From contig NC_006138.1 of assembly GCF_000025945.1 (NCBI RefSeq), positions 1,260,001-1,292,000 on the forward strand: 32,000 bases of DNA, in the 5' to 3' direction. Positions 29,682-32,000 of this stretch are shown here, piece after piece (position 1 is the first letter of the stretch; the number at the start of each line of letters is the position of its first letter). The translations under genes and the position numbers were made by a program. Under the pieces are notes generated by a model that saw only the letters and a list, made by a program, of their open reading frames with translations, did no database searches and was not told the origin of the DNA. The DNA is from Desulfotalea psychrophila LSv54 (GTDB lineage Bacteria > Desulfobacterota > Desulfobulbia > Desulfobulbales > Desulfocapsaceae).

Positions 29682-29719
29682 GTTGCCTCAAAATTTTTTG
29701 AGGCAACATTTTTCTTTTC
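29682..29719 (+). terminator. Rho-independent terminator after tsf
   Basis: gttgcctca (29682-29690) pairs with tgaggcaac (29699-29707), followed by atttttcttttc. Confidence 0.8.
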
Positions 29720-29746
29720 TTCCTTACTATCCACATGAGGTTTATT

Positions 29747-30460
29747 ATGCCCATTAAATATAAAAGAATGTTGCTTAAATTGAGTGGCGAAGCCCTCATG
29801 GGTAAAGACTCTTATGGAATCAATACCGGAGTTTTGGAGTTTGTTGCCGGCGAAATAAAAGAGCTTGTGGCAATGGGCGTTGAGCTGGGTGTTGTTGTTG
29901 GTGCCGGCAATATTTTTAGGGGTATGGCTGGGGCAAGTAAGGGAATGGATCGTGCGACAGCCGATAATATGGGAATGCTCGCCACAGTAATGAATAGTCT
30001 CGCCATGCAGGATGCGCTTGAGCGTAGCGGGGTCATCACTCGGGCTATGTCGGCTATTCCTATGCAATCGATTTGTGAATCTTATATTAGAAGGCGAGCA
30101 ACCAGACATCTTGAAAAAGGTCGAGTGGTTATCTTTGCTGCTGGTACCGGTAATCCCTATTTTACCACTGACTCGGCGGGTGTCCTGCGTGCCCTGGAGA
30201 TTGATGCTGATATCGTGGTTAAGGCGACCAAGGTTGATGGTGTCTATGATAAGGATCCTATGATTCATGATGATGCTGTCAAGTTTGAGCATCTTACCTA
30301 TGACGATGTCCTGCGTAAGGGACTGAAGGTCATGGATGCTGCTGGAATTGCCTTGGCAAAAGACGATGACAAGCCTATTATGGTGCTGAATATGAGTGTT
30401 GCTGGTAATATGAAAAAAGCTGCACTTGGTGAACGTGTTGGGACACTTATTACTGCGTAA
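29747..30460 (+). CDS. pyrH: UMP kinase
   Basis: ATG 29747 lies 6 nt after [18 protein letters not shown]...[10 protein letters not shown]...[20 protein letters not shown], 237 aa. ATG 29735 is the alternative start used by the track. Confidence 0.95.
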   Translation: MPIKYKRMLLKLSGEALMGKDSYGINTGVLEFVAGEIKELVAMGVELGVVVGAGNIFRGMAGASKGMDRATADNMGMLATVMNSLAMQDALERSGVITRAMSAIPMQSICESYIRRRATRHLEKGRVVIFAAGTGNPYFTTDSAGVLRALEIDADIVVKATKVDGVYDKDPMIHDDAVKFEHLTYDDVLRKGLKVMDAAGIALAKDDDKPIMVLNMSVAGNMKKAALGERVGTLITA

Positions 30461-30532
30461 GAGCTCCAAGGGTAATGTGTAGCTGTTTACTACTTATAAG
30501 AAAATTTTCATTTTATAGATGAGGTTAACCCC

Positions 30533-31087
30533 ATGAGTGAAGTTATTGTAGAGATGAGTGGCAGGATGGCGAAGAGTGTTGAAGCTTTTAAAAATGATTT
30601 ATCCAGGGTCCGTACCGGCCGTGCCTCGATTTCTATTCTTGATGATATTACCGTTGTTGCTTACGGTAGCACCATGCCTCTGAACCAGGTTGCGACCTTG
30701 ACCATCCCGGAATCTCGTATGATTGCTTTGCAACCATGGGACCCGCAAATGATACCGCCCATTGAAAAAGCTATCCTTAAGTCAGGCCTTGGACTTAATC
30801 CGGTAAATGATGGCAAGGTTGTTCGTTTGAATATTCCTCAACTTACCGAAGATCGTCGTAAAGATCTGGTCAAGCAGGTAAAGAAAATCGCTGAGGAGTT
30901 TCGGGTAGCAATCCGCAACGTTCGACGTGACGCCATTGATACCCTTAAGTTGCAAAAGAAGGATAAGGAGATATCTGAGGACGATCTGTTCAAATTGCAG
31001 GATGATGCTCAGAAAGAGACCGATATTTACATCAAGCAGTTGGATGAGGTTAGTGCCTCTAAAGAAAAAGAAGTGATGGAAGTATAG
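30533..31087 (+). CDS. frr: Ribosome recycling factor
   Basis: FKNDLSRVRTGRASISILDDI...LNPVNDGKVVRLNIPQLTEDRRKDLVK, 184 aa. Confidence 0.97.
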   Translation: MSEVIVEMSGRMAKSVEAFKNDLSRVRTGRASISILDDITVVAYGSTMPLNQVATLTIPESRMIALQPWDPQMIPPIEKAILKSGLGLNPVNDGKVVRLNIPQLTEDRRKDLVKQVKKIAEEFRVAIRNVRRDAIDTLKLQKKDKEISEDDLFKLQDDAQKETDIYIKQLDEVSASKEKEVMEV

Positions 31088-31229
31088 GCTTTGATGTTTT
31101 TGCTGTAATGATTAAAAAATATGAGTACAGGCACCGAACAGCTTGCCCGGTTTATACATTTTATGTTTTAAGTCATGACATCCCCCTAGGGGACGTGAAG
31201 CTTTTTTCATGGACACAAATGGAGAATAT

Positions 31230-31994
31230 ATGAGACTGGCAGAATTAGCTGAGAAGTATGGGATTGATCCTCTCCACCTTCCTGCTCATATTGCAATTAT
31301 TATGGATGGAAATGGACGTTGGGCTCAGGCTCGTAAACGTCCACGTCTCTTTGGACATAAGGCAGGGGCTGATTCGGTTGAGGAGATTGTCTCAATCTGT
31401 TGCCAACTCGGTATCCCGGCACTTACCCTCTATGCCTTCTCTTCTGAAAATTGGAAGAGACCGAAAGCAGAGGTGAGTGGCCTTATGTCTATCCTGCAGA
31501 AATATCTTCGGGCAGAGTTGCCCAAGATGCAAAAGAATAATATTCGTCTCCACTGTATCGGCGATATTGAGCGTCTGCCATCTGCTGTACGCGATACCCT
31601 GCTCCAGGTAATGGGCGAGACTGCAAAAAATACGGGGATGATACTCTCACTGGCCCTCAGTTATGGGGGGCGGGATGAGATCTGTCGTGCCATAAAAAAA
31701 ATCTCTGCTGAATGTGTCGCAGGTGATCTTGAGGAGACGGATATCACTCCAGATCTTCTCTCCGACTATCTTGACACCGCTATCTTGCCGGAACCAGATC
31801 TGTTGATACGGACGGGCGGTGAGTCTCGGCTTTCCAATTTTCTTCTCTGGCAACTCTCCTATGCAGAGTTGTACTTCACAGATATTATGTGGCCAGAATT
31901 TCGTACAGAACAGCTGGCAACTGCTATTGCCAGCTTTCAGGAACGTGAACGCCGTTTTGGCAAAATTGGTGCACAGTTAAATAAGAATAAATAG
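31230..31994 (+). CDS. uppS: Undecaprenyl-diphosphate synthase (cis-isoprenyl transferase)
   Basis: HIAIIMDGNGRWA...LTLYAFSSENWKRP...LIRTGGESRLSNFLLWQLSYAELYF are family hallmarks. ATG 31230 lies 4 nt after GGAGA. ATG 31209, used by the track, lacks an SD. Length is 254 aa. Confidence 0.93.
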   Translation: MRLAELAEKYGIDPLHLPAHIAIIMDGNGRWAQARKRPRLFGHKAGADSVEEIVSICCQLGIPALTLYAFSSENWKRPKAEVSGLMSILQKYLRAELPKMQKNNIRLHCIGDIERLPSAVRDTLLQVMGETAKNTGMILSLALSYGGRDEICRAIKKISAECVAGDLEETDITPDLLSDYLDTAILPEPDLLIRTGGESRLSNFLLWQLSYAELYFTDIMWPEFRTEQLATAIASFQERERRFGKIGAQLNKNK

Positions 31995-32000
31995 GAAAAG

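Noticed and set aside
31108-31233. A 41-codon ORF (MIKKYEYRHRTACPVYTFYVLSHDIPLGDVKLFSWTQMENI*) in the frr-uppS spacer, whose TGA overlaps the uppS ATG as ATGA.
   Set aside because: It has no SD upstream of ATG 31108 and no recognisable family. It is short and spans a small palindrome (tccccctagggga, 31181-31193). It is most likely a chance ORF, although the ATGA overlap made me look twice.
1-32000. A hidden accessory, defence or mobile system (CRISPR repeats, integrase or transposase, toxin-antitoxin pairs, compositional island).
   Set aside because: Every ORF with a credible start belongs to a universally conserved housekeeping family in canonical order. Spacers are short and are explained by SDs, hairpins or terminators. 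No repeat arrays or composition breaks were seen by eye.

Overview
All genes in this window are on the plus strand. It is a tightly packed core transcription/translation supercluster from a bacterium with AT-leaning DNA (GC judged by eye, not computed). The protein sequences look deltaproteobacterial/Desulfobacterota-like, but that is an unverified impression. Gene order: rpoB (5'-truncated)-rpoC | rpsL-rpsG-fusA-tuf | rpsJ-rplC-rplD-rplW-rplB-rpsS-rplV-rpsC-rplP-rpmC-rpsQ | rplN-rplX-rplE-rpsZ-rpsH-rplF-rplR-rpsE-rpmD-rplO-secY-map-infA-rpmJ | rpsM-rpsK-rpsD-rpoA-rplQ. A strong intrinsic terminator follows rplQ, then rpsB-tsf, pyrH-frr and uppS. I found no tRNA/rRNA genes, CRISPR arrays, mobile elements or accessory genes. 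The long minus-strand ORFs are antisense shadows of the plus-strand genes. I did not find a novel biological system; this is an ordinary, highly conserved region. The main point needing a second look is that three essential ribosomal protein genes are not intact as written. rpsH has a frame break, most simply two extra T's 10 nt apart. rplF has an in-frame TAG. rpsB has one extra C. About 27 kb of neighbouring coding sequence, including all of rpoB and rpoC, is uninterrupted. Lesser observations: five TTG starts on r-protein genes, no adk between secY and map, several intergenic RNA hairpins (rpoB-rpoC, rpsM-rpsK, rpsB leader), weak internal terminator-like structures, and a Cys4 ribbon tail on L24. 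rpmJ (37 aa) is missing from the ORF track and was found by reading the sequence.
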